A stretch of 63,994 nucleotides of DNA, filler included, from Jimgerdemannia flammicorona (lineage: Eukaryota): NCBI GenBank assembly GCA_003990765.1. It is 3 parts of 3 records of this genome, joined end to end, with 100 filler letters (N's around TTAATTAATTAA, not from the genome) between each part and the next. Parts side by side here need not be neighbours in the genome. Positions count along the whole stretch, not along the records: positions 43,054 to 63,994 come from RBNJ01001562.1; 2 more parts are not named here. The stretch is one strand, 5' to 3'. Each line of letters opens with the position of its first letter. The first letter of the stretch is position 1. The translations under genes and the position numbers were made by a program. Positions 47,696-62,100 of the stretch are shown piece by piece. The notes beneath the pieces were generated by a model. It saw nothing but the letters and a program-made list of their open reading frames with translations, searched no databases and was not told the DNA's origin.

Positions 47696-50195
47696 TCAGT
47701 ACCATCCCAACAGTTTCCACCATGGCAACCCTATCGAGAGAAATACGGTTATATAAACCGCGGACATCATGAATCCGACAGCGAACCAGTACGATCGGGA
47801 GACGTAGCCTTCTGCAAAGTACATTACGACCGAGCCTAACATTGTAGATAGAATCAAGCGATTAGATATGATAAACATGAGCAAATTGCGGGAATATAAT
47901 GATGACGTAGGACAATACCTGTGGAGAAGCTGGTCTGTGACGGATCAAGTTGTACAAGTTGTGTTAGCTGGAGACTGAACCCTAGAAAAATGCAACATCT
48001 CAATCGTGAACTCACCATGCATCCGCCCAAAGAGCTGAAATATCCCAGAAGTCCGACTAGCAGCATGCCAGGCACATTCAATGCCTTGCCGGCTTCCAGA
48101 AATGGCCCCACGAAAGCAACTATATGGGCCGTCAAGCTGGAGAACAAGAATGTGGAGAAGAAGTAGGCGAGAGAGAGGACAATACATATAATCAATGGCG
48201 AAGTGGACACGTGCTGAATAGCATCCGACATCCAGCGACCCAAGAAAGCCGATACACCATTGTCCGTGAGCTGCTGGGCGATGGTGATGAATCCGCCGAG
48301 CCAGAAGAATGTGTCCCACTGAAGAGAATCAGGAGGACGGAGTACATGGACAACAATATTAACAAGCCGTCTGGAAAGCATTGCAATCAATGCAATCATC
48401 CAAAAGCTAACTTACAGCCTTGGTGTTGTCGAGGATATTCTTCCAAGTGATCGTTTCCATGAGAAGCAATACAGTGATAGCAGTAAACGCAATCCCAGTG
48501 GCGTTCAAGCCCGTGTATGGGTCCGTCGCCCACAAGAAGAGGCATGAGAGCAAGGTGAGGCTAAGTTGCTGCAGGATGTGATAATATGGGAGTGTTAATC
48601 GTTATTTCAAAACGACGCAGGTCAAACTATGAATCAACCAATAGAAAGACTCGCGTATCTACTTTTTCTTTGACAGACATTGGCCCTAGCGCCTGCAGTT
48701 GCCCTTCAACAAGGACCCTCGCCTTCCTTGTGGCGGCGTTGCCATCTGTATCTTCCCCCCCACCAGTGCTAAAACAGATTCGCTTCAAGAACCATGGCAT
48801 AATGACAACGACCGTCAAACCTGGGACCAGACACCCACTCGTCCAGTCCATAAAGCTAATTTTTAACTCAGGGAAGACGTCTCGGGTTTTGGAAATGATG
48901 AGTGGATTAGCGGCCATGCCTAATTATAGGGATTAGTGTCAGCTTATTGATTAATTCGCTCGTCAACGGTTTCTCGTAAACTTCAAGAACCAATACAAAA
49001 ATCCACTCGCCCGTCAAATAAAACGAGGCTGAAATTAGGTTAGAGTGCGCTCCGACCAGCATTAGATATCGCCCAGTAGCGGGGTTGTGCGTAGGCTTCG
49101 AACCGAGCGACGTCGCCACCGCAGTGACGATAGGGAGGACAATGCTTCCTCCTCGTGCCGCGTTCGAAGGCACGAAAGGCCCAAGTAGTAGTTCTATTAT
49201 AATCAGCAATGTCGTTATGAATGAAAATATTAAGAGGCTTGCGCTAAATTTTTCTATCAATAATAAAATAGAGATCGTACCCGAGATTGTGATGGCATAT
49301 CCCAGCCCCAATATACTCCATCCCATGTATTTGATGAGCAACAACGACAACCTCTTCCCCAGTAACGTAATCTTGACCGCATGGCCAAGATGAAACGCAC
49401 AGAAGACGAGCCAGTTGATGTCATTGGAGTATCCCGATAACGCTTGTTCAAAGGCTTCTTTATATCCGTCGCACTGATAAATTTCCTTGAGCCCCGGTTT
49501 CCGAAGTCCGCATCGAGAGCATTCGATAGCAATCCCATCCTTCGTTTCGCACTCGAATGAACGGGTGAAAGAGAGAACGGCCAGAGCGAAAGCGACGATG
49601 ACGGACATCTCGCAGTTGCTGGTGAGGAGAGCGCAAATGACGCTGGTGGAAAGGGAGATCGGATGACATGATTGAGTTAGGGAGATTATCCAATGTTGAT
49701 ACAAAGATAAAAATAAAAAAATACAATCACCTTACGAAAACCGCCATTACGTGTACGGACGTGGGCGTCAAGCCGTCTCCAGGTTGGACTCCGTACCAAA
49801 TTACGAGGCCCAAAAGGATTGACGGAAGTAATGACAGAGACCGTGATTGCCGATACATATCGAGCCACATTGTACCTAGATGTATCGCTTCATGAAGTCG
49901 ATAAGTATAACGTCGTCGATCGATGCTCTCCGACGAGGCATGGCACTGGACAGCCATATTGCATACACAGCTACCGCCGTGACCACACACCTTGGCCAGA
50001 ACCGACACGCGTCTCCTCCGATCCGACAGCAAAGGCGTTATAATTCGGGCCTGAGTTACTTCCCAATAGCTTGGCACTTTCGCCCGGCACCGGCGACGAC
50101 ACGCGAGATGATTCCCCGCCGGTTTCGCCAGCAATTTCGATCTCCACCATGGATTCGTGACGGGGGGAATTGGCGGAACCCGGTTGAGCTTTCAT
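47696..50195 (-). CDS. DASS/SLC13 family anion transporter (CitT / 2-oxoglutarate-malate translocator type), multi-exon
   Basis: 'PFVPSNAARGGSIVLPI', 'MAANPLI', 'WDTFFWLGG', 'FSSLTAHIVAF', C-terminal 'GLPWWKLLGWY*'. Exon 1 (ATG at 50195 or 50150) splices GT..AG in frame into 'GTMWLD'. Confidence 0.9.
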
Positions 50196-51120
50196 AGCGG
50201 CGGGCGATTGCAAAGGCTCGTTAATTTATGAACGGTTTTATGCTCGTCGATTACGGATGGAATGATGAGATGGATTTGAAGATTGGAGGATTTCAAATTT
50301 TCAGGTTGCTTATCATGCTGATCACACGTGGTGGTTAAATACTCACGCGGAAATCGTATTTGAAGGGACATTTTTGGCTATCCTTACTTGTCAAGTGACC
50401 GTGCACGACCATCATGTTGGACTCGACATGCTCTTTCAATCAACCAATTTGAGCGAATTGTCGGCACATGTAGAGCCGATGATAACAAATTGTATTTTAT
50501 CCAACGATTAGGCCGTCAGCCCGGACTTGCGCTATTGTTTCGCTTTGTTCCATATACATAACAGTGCTTACTGACGATACTTCACAGGACTCGAAAACAT
50601 CGCATTGATACACGTAATTGCGCTGTAGAAGATGAATTGGACTGTCATGAGTAGCAAAGAGAGAGCTTGGTATTTCAGCTGGTCGCACAATGATCAAGTG
50701 TAGGGACCAATGGCGAATATGTATCAAGTGTAGGGAATGACGAGCACAGCAATGACTGATCACGTCAGTGGAATCAATTTCTATAATGACATGACTGTAA
50801 TGCTTTGTTGACGTTTAAGATTTTGAATGAGAAGGAGAATTGAGGCATACGAGTTTAACAAAGTTTGCGAGCGGCGCGACATGCATCATAAAACCACATC
50901 ACGTACATGGCATACTTGGAGTATACATGTACATAAATGTATAAATGTATGGCGCAACCAGGTACTTCAATATCAAGGCCAGTGTACTCCAAAAATAGAT
51001 GTATTTATAACACTTTCCATGTTGGTTAGTTCGTCAAACTAGTATGAACATACCATGCTTAGCATTGAGCAAATCGATCCAGAGTTCGAAAAACCTACGA
51101 TGAAGTCTTGGCGTCTATCT

Positions 51121-51234
51121 CTCTTGGCATGGCTTATAGTAACCCGCTCGTTCTGACTCTCTTGGCATGGCTTATAGTAACCCGCTCGTTCTGTCCCTCT
51201 TGGCATGGCCTATAGTAACCCGCTCGTTCCGTCT
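51121..51234. repeat. Three tandem copies of a 38-bp unit in the DASS/ABP1 intergenic region
   Basis: CTCTTGGCATGGCTTATAGTAACCCGCTCGTTCTGACT repeated at 51121, 51159 and 51197 with few mismatches. Confidence 0.9.
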
Positions 51235-51355
51235 CTCTATAGGCTATAGTGATCAAGCAGTCTCAACCAGCTAATTCATGATGTCACTGTGCGCCCCGTG
51301 ACGTGTACTTTTATATAGACCTTGACAAATCCGTCCATAACACAACAACTTCAAC

Positions 51356-54300
51356 ATGAGCTTGCGAGTCAACTTCTCCACACATTCTAAAACCATTCAG
51401 GACACTTACAGGGCCGTGCTCAACGGTGACGAAGCTGTCAATTGGGTGGTCTATGGCTACGATAAAGGAACCAACGATTTGAAGGTGTTGGCTCAGGGCG
51501 GTGCGTTCGACCGTCTTCCTCTTCGCTATTGGAATAATGAAGGGCATAAAACGCGTGGCACATAACTCATGAATGCCAACCATATTTCCTTTGATGCTCT
51601 TCGGCCAAAAGACGATGGGCTTGAGGGGTTAACGGAGGAATTCAGCGATGGTAAGATTCAATACGCGTTCACCAGAGTTATTGACCCCAACACAGAGCTC
51701 CCCAAGTTTGTTTTCATATCGTGGGTAAGGGCATACCTTCAATCCATAAATTAGTTAATAGCAAGTGGGCGCTTGATGTACACACATGGATCGGGGTTTG
51801 GGCTATTGTTTATGGTATTACCTATTTTTCTTCTAGTGTGGCTCCGGTGTCCCTGAGTCGCGAAAGGGTTTGTTCAACTCCCACCTCGATGATGTTTCAA
51901 AAATTTTGAAGGTGACCGTCAGCTTGGTTGACGCATTATGCTTTCATCGCGGTTGGGTACAGCATGCTGTACACCATGGATCTTGTTTCACCTACTCATC
52001 ACTATTTCTGCTTCTTTGGCTCAGGGATATCACGTGCAAATCAACGCTAGAGGAGAAGTACGTTGGCTGTCACTATCTTAAAGTGCTGTTAAGTGGTATT
52101 TTCGCATCGGGGTTTGAGGATGGTGATTTAGTAATTAACGTTTGATTTTTTGACTAGGCTGATGTTGAACCTAGTTACATCATGAAACGTGTCAACGAAA
52201 GCTCAGGCTCCAAGTACTCCATTCACAAAGAGGCGCCCAAGCCTATGGAGAAACCAACTCCAGTGGTATGTCAGGAGAAGGACAGGCGGGAAATTGGGAC
52301 TGGGAATATCAACGTGCTAATCGAACTTGACATTGTCTCGAATAGAACTCTGTCTACAAGAAGACTGAGATTCCGAATATTGCGGCAATGCAGCGCGCAG
52401 CAATGCAGAAGGAACCCGCGCCTGCTCCCGTGGTATGCCATGTCTTATATCTACCAGCTCAATATTTGGTTTCATTTTCACCGTCATTGACATCTATTTA
52501 TCGTATATCTTTCTTATCCAAATCGATGCAGAACTCCGTCTACAAGAAGACTGAAATTCCAAATATTGCTGCAATACAGCGCGCGGCGCAGAAGGAATTT
52601 GCACCTGATCCTGTGGTACACGTTTTCTTATGTTTGTTTTCGTATCCTATCACTTTGTTATCGAAATTAACAAATATATCTTCTTCAGACATCGTACAAG
52701 ACCGAGATTCCTGATATTGCTGCGATGCAGCGCGCGACACAGAGGGAATCTGCACCTGCTCCTGTGGTACGCGATTGCCACCTAATTTTGGTTTCGATTT
52801 TCACTATCAATTCTTACCTACTTTTGTTTGGAATTTTACGAACATTATATTTTTCAGAATTCAGTCTACCAGCGCGTAGTCACGGCACCCAAGCCCCTCG
52901 CTTCACGCTGGGGCGCGCAACAGCAGCAGCACGAGCAAGAGGAGAAGGAACGTGTTGAGCGCGAGGCTACCGAGCGTGCCACGCGGGAGCGCGAAGAGCG
53001 AGAACGCGATCAACGGTCGCGCGTGAATCAGGATCGGCAGCGCGAGGAGCAGGAGGCGACCGAGGCGAAGCGTAGAGACGCTGCGGCTCGTGAGCAGGCG
53101 AGGGTGGAGGCCGAGCGAGCGCAGCATAGAGACGCTGAGGATCGTGAGAAGGCGAAGAGGGAGGCCGAGCTGGCGAGGAGGGAGGCCGAGCAGGCGCAGC
53201 GTCAGCGTGAGGAGGAGGAGGAGGAGGCTCAGAAGAGGTGGCAAATTGAGGAGAAGGAGCAGGCGCAGCGTCAGCGCGAGAGGGAGGAGGAGGAAGCACA
53301 GAGAAGGCGGCAGAACGAAGAGAGTGAGAAGCACAAGAGGATGCAGGAGGAGAGTATGGCAGAGAAGGCGAGAATCGAACAAGAACAATCGGAGAGAGAG
53401 TGGGAGGTATGTGCAATGCGTGAGACTGATCTTTGTGGAAGGGTGGTCAACAATTCTTTGCGATTTGTTTTCTTACATTTTCTTTCTATAAACCTTTTTC
53501 ACTGCTATGGGCACAATCAGGAACAAGAACGCTTACGACTGGAGGAAGAGCAGGAAGGTCTGCGGGCCAGGCTCGATGCTGTAAGTTTGAACACGGTAGC
53601 TGTACCTCTTCCTCCAGTGTTACACTTCGCGTTTGCGATGCCTATGTTAAAGCTCCCGTACGTTCGCTTCTTGCCAGACTGCCGAACACGCTGCCACTGT
53701 CGCGGAACACGCTGCTGAGGCACTCGTGGAACCAAAGCATACTTTGGGAGTTCAAACTGCACTGGTCTTGTTTGCGTATGATGCTGGTAATTGATCTGAC
53801 ATTTAGCCTTACTGATGTGTTCGATATAGCTGCATTACACATGACGTGATGAAACATTTGTACCTGACTGACGGCTTCCATTTTTTCAAACTCATCTACA
53901 GCTGAAGCCAACGAGATGACGCTCTTTGAGGGCGAGGTAATCAGCAGCATCGAACAGGTGGATGACGGATGGTGGACCGCTGTGAGTGAAGATGGGACGC
54001 GGTCTGGATTATTCCCTGGTAAGTTAGGCAGGCTTTACTGACGTTAACCTATATTGTGGGGCATTTACACTGTGTAAATTTGCGATTTCGGAAGGCATTA
54101 CATATTTGTGTTCCATCTAATTTCTTCGCGTGTGTTTCTTTCGCTAGCCAATTACGTTCAGCTGCTTGAATTCGAAGAGGTACACGGAACTACATTTTAA
54201 TTTCTCGTTCCACTGTTGTATTGGAGCAAACACTGACCTATCATCCTTATCCCGCACCCTATGGACTCGACAACCCCTAGTCGCAGCAGTCGCAGTCCAA

Positions 54301-54653
54301 GCAAGTTGCTCTCATTGCAGAGGAAGAACTTGCAGTCCCTGCCACTGATATGGAGGACCAAGGTAACGTGGCCTTGGCGCTCTACGATTACATCGCTGCT
54401 GAGGAAAACGAGATTACCTTCCACGAGGGCGACCTGATCACGCAGATCGAGTTCGCGTCGGACGATTGGTGGCAAGGAACTGCACCGAACGGTGCCATTG
54501 GGCTGTTCCCTTGTAAGCGGACTGTAGGCTCTTCATTTTGGAGGATGGAACATTGATGTATAGTTGTTTTCAATTACCCGATGTTCAAATCGACTGATCT
54601 TACTTCTTTACCCCTTCTTATTCGCAGCCAACTACGTCGAGATGCGCCAATGA
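51356..54653 (+). CDS. ABP1: Actin-binding protein Abp1/drebrin-like (ADF-H, charged helix, two SH3 domains), multi-exon
   Basis: ADF-H 'NWVVYGYDKGTNDLKV', 'EEFSDGKIQYAFTRVIDPNTELPKFVFISW'; E/R-rich helix 52860-53406; SH3 'EQVDDGWW...GLFP' and 'ALYDYIAAEENEITFHEGD...DDWWQG...GLFP|ANYVE'. Stop TGA at 54651-54653. Confidence 0.92.
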
Positions 54654-54854
54654 GGCCTATTACAAGCAAACGATCGAATATGAGCGTTCCTATTATGTAC
54701 CATACTCAAATAATACAACAATATCAATAAAAATAGCGATGGATGAGGATTACGTCACGCAATAAATTTGCAGGTATTCCAAACTGGTTAAATGGACTCT
54801 CCCAGTGTCCGCCTCCATTTTTCTTTCTTGTCCTCCTGTTGCCCTGCTGTGCCA

Positions 54855-55108
54855 GTCGCGTACTCTCTCGCGCCACGCCTATCCTCGCGTTCCACCCTAT
54901 AAAAAAGGTACGTGCCATACATCATCTTCGAACCAGAGCCCCCTCAGTCAATGCGATCTACTGGAATCCTCGTTCCTGTCGCGTCATACGCGTCTGACGC
55001 GTAACGAATCGAGGCTTCAGATTGCAAGGGTGTGGGGCACGTAGTACGTCGACGCAAAATCGCTCAGCATTCTACTGTGTACTATACACTTTGTGGTATC
55101 TGACGCGA
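54855..55108 (+). promoter_or_regulatory. Cluster of MCB-like (ACGCGT/CGCG) elements upstream of PCNA
   Basis: ACGCGT at 54988-54993 and 54997-55002; TCGCGTCA ~54979; TGACGCGA 55101-55108; TCTCGCGCC ~54866. Confidence 0.65.
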
Positions 55109-55165
55109 GCGTACACGTCGTCATGCACCTTCGCTCTCACATGGAACAGCACACTACCTACCAAC

Positions 55166-56566
<1,401 letters not shown>

Positions 56567-56868
56567 TAGATCGAATCGTGCGTGTTTGCATAAAGTATGC
56601 TCTGATGGGTTTGGCTTACTGGTTTTCTTTACGTTTTTAATTTTTTTGTTCTTTTGACACCCCCCCTTTGTTCAACAGCGGTGTACCCTGACATCTATTG
56701 TAAATTTCACGTCATCGGTGCGTGCCGTTTGAAATTAAATACCGTGCACAGATTGTACAAATGTTGGAGAGGAACGGAGTTATTTTCATTATGATTGGGA
56801 ACAATAATAATTATTTGAAGGTGGAAACGACAGACGGTCGGGTTCTCTAACACGCAGAACACGACCAT

Positions 56869-58458
56869 CTAATTTGCGGCTGGATAATCCATCGCGTTGC
56901 CCACCTCCACCGACTCCGCCTTTTCTACAACTTTCCCCTTCGCCCTTACCACCTCGCCAATGACTCTGATCAAGGTCTCGACCGCCTCGGGTGTAATCTG
57001 ATGGTGCAGCACCAGGCGCGAGGTGGTGGCGTCCGGCTTACCCGCGATGCGGATATCCTCCTGTAGCAGGTGCGGCGCGATGTCACCTACCGTCAGCCTG
57101 ACAGGGGCGAGCTGCGCGTGGACCATGTTGGTCATGACAGGAAAGGCGAGCCCGAGCCCGAGCGCCCGAAGCGAGTCGGCGAGGTGCCGCGTCAGCGCGT
57201 GCGTCCCGGGCATCGTAGGCCAGATCGTGTCGAGGCAGTGACGCGCGACGGCGGCAAGGGAACCGGCCTTGGGTTGAAGTCAGTTGAACGATGTGATGAT
57301 GAATTTGTCGGGCGCATCGGGAAAGAGAAATAATCCAGATTGCCATACATCCTTCTACATACCTGCCTCCACCCACCACCAAACAGCTTCCTGAAATGCC
57401 TGGCTCTCTTGATTAGGTCCCTGCTCCCGACGAGTATGGATCCGATGGGGGCGCCGATTCCCTTGGACAGACACAGAGACATGGAATCAAAGTGGCGGCC
57501 GTACTCGGCAAGCGGGATACCCGTGGCCATGGACGCGTTCCAGGCGCGCGCGCCGTCCAGGTGCATCTTAATCCCCCGAGAGCGGCCGTACTCGCTGATC
57601 CTCGAGATCTCGGAGAGTGGAAAGATCATGCCGTTTAGAGTGTTCTCGAGAGCAATGACTGGGTGGCGGGATGTGATGTCGGCGTGGATGATGGTCATCG
57701 TTTGAACAAGGCTATTGAAGAGCCGTTGTATTCAGAATAACAAAGCTGCATATTGACGAGAAGACGCCGAACGATATAGCATACTTCTCGTCGGAGCCGT
57801 ATGGACATCTTCCTCCAGAATTCCTGTTTTAACCTCCTCGAGGGTAAGGTGAACACCGTTCTTGGCCACGACGGGGGTCACATTCGCCTGGCTGTGGAAG
57901 GCGATGCCGCCAGCCTCCCAGAGGAAGATGTGGGCGCGCGAGTCGAGGAGGACCGAGTGCGGGGGTTGAACCAAGAGGGAGCGGATGCCTAGCTGGTTTG
58001 TCATAGTCCCGCTGACGCAGAAGAGGGCGTCCTCGTGGCCGCAAAGGGATGCGACGTATGACTCTAGGTCATTGACGTCCCTACTCTCCTGGATGCGGAG
58101 TAGTTGGTGAGGGAGAGGGATTCGTAGTTTGGAATGAATGGGCGCGTGAGTGATTCGGATTGCACGAATGGATAGGGGTTCGATTTCTTGTAGCATCTGT
58201 ACTAATAGCTAATAGACAGATGGGATAAGATGTATCTTCGTGTACCTTCAAAACATCGTCGCCCTTCGACGCTGCCTTCATGATGTCAAACATTTCGTCC
58301 GTCGGGATCGTAGCGGTGTCGCTTCGAAAGTTAAATATGATTTGATTTGAATGTTCGCGTAAGATTCTTGAGGTAGAGAATGAGCGGAAGGTGGCAACGA
58401 GAGGCGTCCTGCCGGTCCTTATTGTGGAGCGGAAGAAGAGAGATAAAGAGCGCGCCAT
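56869..58458 (-). CDS. GLY1: Low-specificity L-threonine aldolase (4 exons), with a probable mitochondrial presequence
   Basis: 'FRSDTATIPT', 'SGTMTNQLG', 'LENT', 'HLDGARAWNA', PLP lysine motif 'SLCLSKGIGAPIGS', 'RKLFGGGWRQ|AG'. Confidence 0.95.
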
Positions 58459-59149
58459 GGTGGGATTTTGGGTGATGCGTGACATCTCTCGCCATAAGTA
58501 GTGAAATTTAGGATTAACACTGATCAAGTCTATGAAAATGCTCAATTTTTTAAAAAATAAAATTTACTTTTTTGTAAAATTTTAATCATAAGTAAATATA
58601 TATATATTATTAGTAAAAATTTTTTATAAAGTTATTAATTTATAAGTAAAACTTCAAAAGTTAAATTTGGCTATATTATAGTTTAAAAGATATAAAGTAT
58701 TAATTATAAAATTATTAATATATAAATACTAATACTAAATAATATAGATAGGGGTATTCTGTCGCACCGTCACATAAACAGTCACACAATTACTGTAAAG
58801 TTGAAATAAACGTTTGGCTTATAATTAATTTAAGGCCAACATCTTAGTGACTGGCCTCTGATTTAAGGCCACAAAGGTACAGCATTTCAATATTTAAGGC
58901 CGCCATTAGAGTGACTGGCCTCTGTTACTGGCCTCTGATTTAAGGCCACAATCCAGTCTTACAGATCTTGGACTCAATATTTCAATAAATAAAAATCTGT
59001 AAAATAATTAAATAATATAATAAACTATCTAAAATAAATAAAGATATAATTATATTTAATCCAATTTTAATTATGACTGTTTGAAATGAATGTTAGAAAT
59101 GACGTCATTTATCAATGTGGAGTAGTCAGAAGAGCAGCATTTATTGTTC

Positions 59150-62100
59150 TCATTACTGGCTCTCACTTGTATTCTCTTATACTCAACTTTCTCTAGCATT
59201 GCCAGAGTAAGTAGAGAGAGTTTCAGTTTTTGAAGTCTGGAGAAAAGAGGTTAGAATGGTTATCAATTTTCATTACAAGAAAGGAAGGTTGGTGATTTTC
59301 ATCACTGAATTGACTCACTTGCATTCTCATATTTCTTTAGACTTCCTCTAGTATTGTCAGAGTAAGTAGAGAGAGCTTCAGTTTTGGAGTAGTCTGGAGA
59401 AGGGAGGTTAGCACGGTTATCAATTTTTATCACTGGAGAAGGGAGGTTGGCATGGTTATCAATTTTTGTCACTGGAGAAGAGAGGTTGGCATGGTTATCG
59501 ATTTTTGTCACTGAAGAAGGGAGGTTGGCGGGGTTATTGATTTTTGTCACTGGAGAAGGGAGGTTGGCACGGTTATTGATTTTTTGTCACTGGAGAAGGG
59601 AGGTTGACGCGGTTATCGATTTTCATCACTGAATTGACTCTTACTCACATTCTCATATTCCTTTAGACTTCCTCTAGTATTGCCAGAGTAAGTAGAGAGA
59701 GCTTCAGTTTTGGAGTAGTCTGGAGAAGGGAGGTTGGTGCAGTTATCGATTTTTGTCACTAGAGAAGAGAGGTTGATGTAGTTATCGATTTTTGTCACTG
59801 GAGAAGGGAGGTTAGTGGGGTTATCGATTTTTGTCACTGGAGAAGGGAGGTTGGCGTGGTTATCAATTTTTTGTCACTGGAGAAGAGAGGTTGGCGCGGT
59901 TATCGATTTTCGTCACTGGATTGACTCTCACTCCCATTCTCATATTTCTTTAGACTTCCTCTAGTATTGCTAGAGTAAGTAGAGAGAGCTTCAGTTTTGG
60001 AGTAGTCTGGAGAAGGGAGGTTGGCGTGGTTATCGATTTTTGTTGCTGGAGGAGGTTGGCATAGTTATCGATTTTTGTCACTGAAGAAGGGAGGTTGGTG
60101 CGGTTATCGATTTTTATCTCTAGAGAAGGGAGGTTGGTGCAGTTATCGATTTTTTGTCACTGGAGAAGGGAGGTTGGCATGGTTATCAATTTTCGTCACT
60201 GGATTGACTCTCACTCGCATTCTCATATTCCTTTAGACTTCCTATAGTATTACTAGAGTAAGTAGAGTAAGCTTTAGTTTTGGAGTAGTCTGGAGAAGGG
60301 AGGTTGTCGCGGTTATCAATTTTTGTCACTGGAGAAGAGAGGTTGGCGTAGTTATCAATTTTTATCACTGGAGAAGAGAGGTTGGCGTGGTTATCAATTT
60401 TTGTCACTGGAGAAGGGAGGTTGGCATAGTTATCGATTTTTGTCACTAGAGAAGGGAGGTTGGTGCAGTTATCGATTTTTTATCACTAGAGAAGGAAGGT
60501 TGGTGTGGTTATTGATTTTCATCACTGGATTGACTCTCACTCACATTCTCATATTCCTTTAGACTTCCTCTAGTATTGCCAGAGTAAGTAGAGAGAGCTT
60601 CAGTTTTGGAGTAGTCTGAAGAAGGGAGGTTGGCGCAGTTATCGATTTTTGTCACTGGAGAAGAGAGGTTGATGTGGTTATCGATTTTTGTCACTAGAGA
60701 AGGGAGGTTGGCATGGTTATTGATTTTTGTCACTAGAGAAGGGAGGTTGGTACAGTTATCAATTTTTTGTCACTAGAGAAGAGAGGTTGGCGCGGTTATC
60801 AACTTTTGTCACTGGATTGACTCTCACTCGCATTCTCATATTCCTTTAGACTTCCTATAGTATTGCCAGAGTAAATAGAGTGAGCTTCAGTTTTGGAGTA
60901 GTCTGGAGAAGAGAGGTTGTCACGGTTATCGATTTTTGTCACTGGAGAAGAGAGGTTGGCATGGTTATCAATTTTTGTCACTAGAGAAGGGAGGTTGGTG
61001 CAGTTATCAATTTTTGTATCACTGGAGAAGGGAGGTTGGCGTGGTTATCGATTTTCGTCACTGGATTGACTCACTCGCATTCTCATATTCCTTTAGACTT
61101 CCTCTAGTATTGTCAGAGTAAGTAGAGAGAGCTTCAGTTTTGGAGTAGTCTGGAGAAGGGAGGTTGGGCGGTTATCGATTTTTGTCACTGGAGAAGAGAG
61201 GTTGGCATGGTTATCGACTTTTGTCACTGGAGAAGGGAGGTTGGTGGGGTTATCAATTTTTGTCACTGGAGAAGAGAGGTTGGCATGGTTATTGATTTTT
61301 GTCACTAGAGAAGGGAGGTTGGCATGGTTATCGATTTTTTGTCACTGGAGAAGGGAGGTTGGTGCAGTTATCGATTTTCATCACTGGATTGACTCTCACT
61401 CGCATTCTCATATTCCTTTAGACTTCCTCTAGTATTGCCAGAGTAAGTAGAGAGCTTCAGTTTTTGGAGTAGTCTGGAGAAGGGAGGTTGGTGCAGTTAT
61501 CGATTTTCATCACTAGATTGACTCTCACTTGCATTCTCATATTTCTTTAGACTTCCTCTAGTATTGCCAGAGTAAGTAGAGAGAGAGCTTCAGTTTTTGG
61601 AGTAGTCTGGAGAAGGGAGGTTGGCATGGTTATCGATTTTTATCACTGGAGAAGAGAGGTTGGCACAGTTATTGATTTTTTGTCACTGGAGAAGGAAGGT
61701 TGGCATGGTTATCAATTTTTGTCACTAGAGAAGAGAGGTTGGCACGGTTATTGATTTTTGTCACTGGAGAAGGGAGGTTGGCATGGTTATCAATTTTTGT
61801 TACTAGAGAAGGAAGGTTGGCACGGTTATGGATTTTTGTCACTGGAGAAGGGAGGTTGGTGCAGTTATCGATTTTTGTCACTGGATTGACTCTCACTTAC
61901 ATTCTCATATTCCTTTAGACTTCCTCTAGTATTGCCAGAGTAAGTAGAGGGAGCTTCAATTTTGGAGTAGTCTAGAGAAGGGAGATTGGTGTGGTTATCG
62001 ATTTTTGTCACTGGAGAAGGGAGGTTGGCGGGGTTATCGACTTTTGTCACTGGAGAAGGGAGGTTGGTGTGGTTATCGATTTTTGTCACTGGAGAAGGGA

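Noticed and set aside
52903..53491. Overlapping Leu-rich, Arg-rich and Pro-rich ORFs
   Set aside because: Alternative frames of the E/R-rich ABP1 exon.
58550..58750. Extremely AT-rich tract upstream of GLY1
   Set aside because: No structure beyond composition; probably a decayed repeat remnant, with no supportable call.
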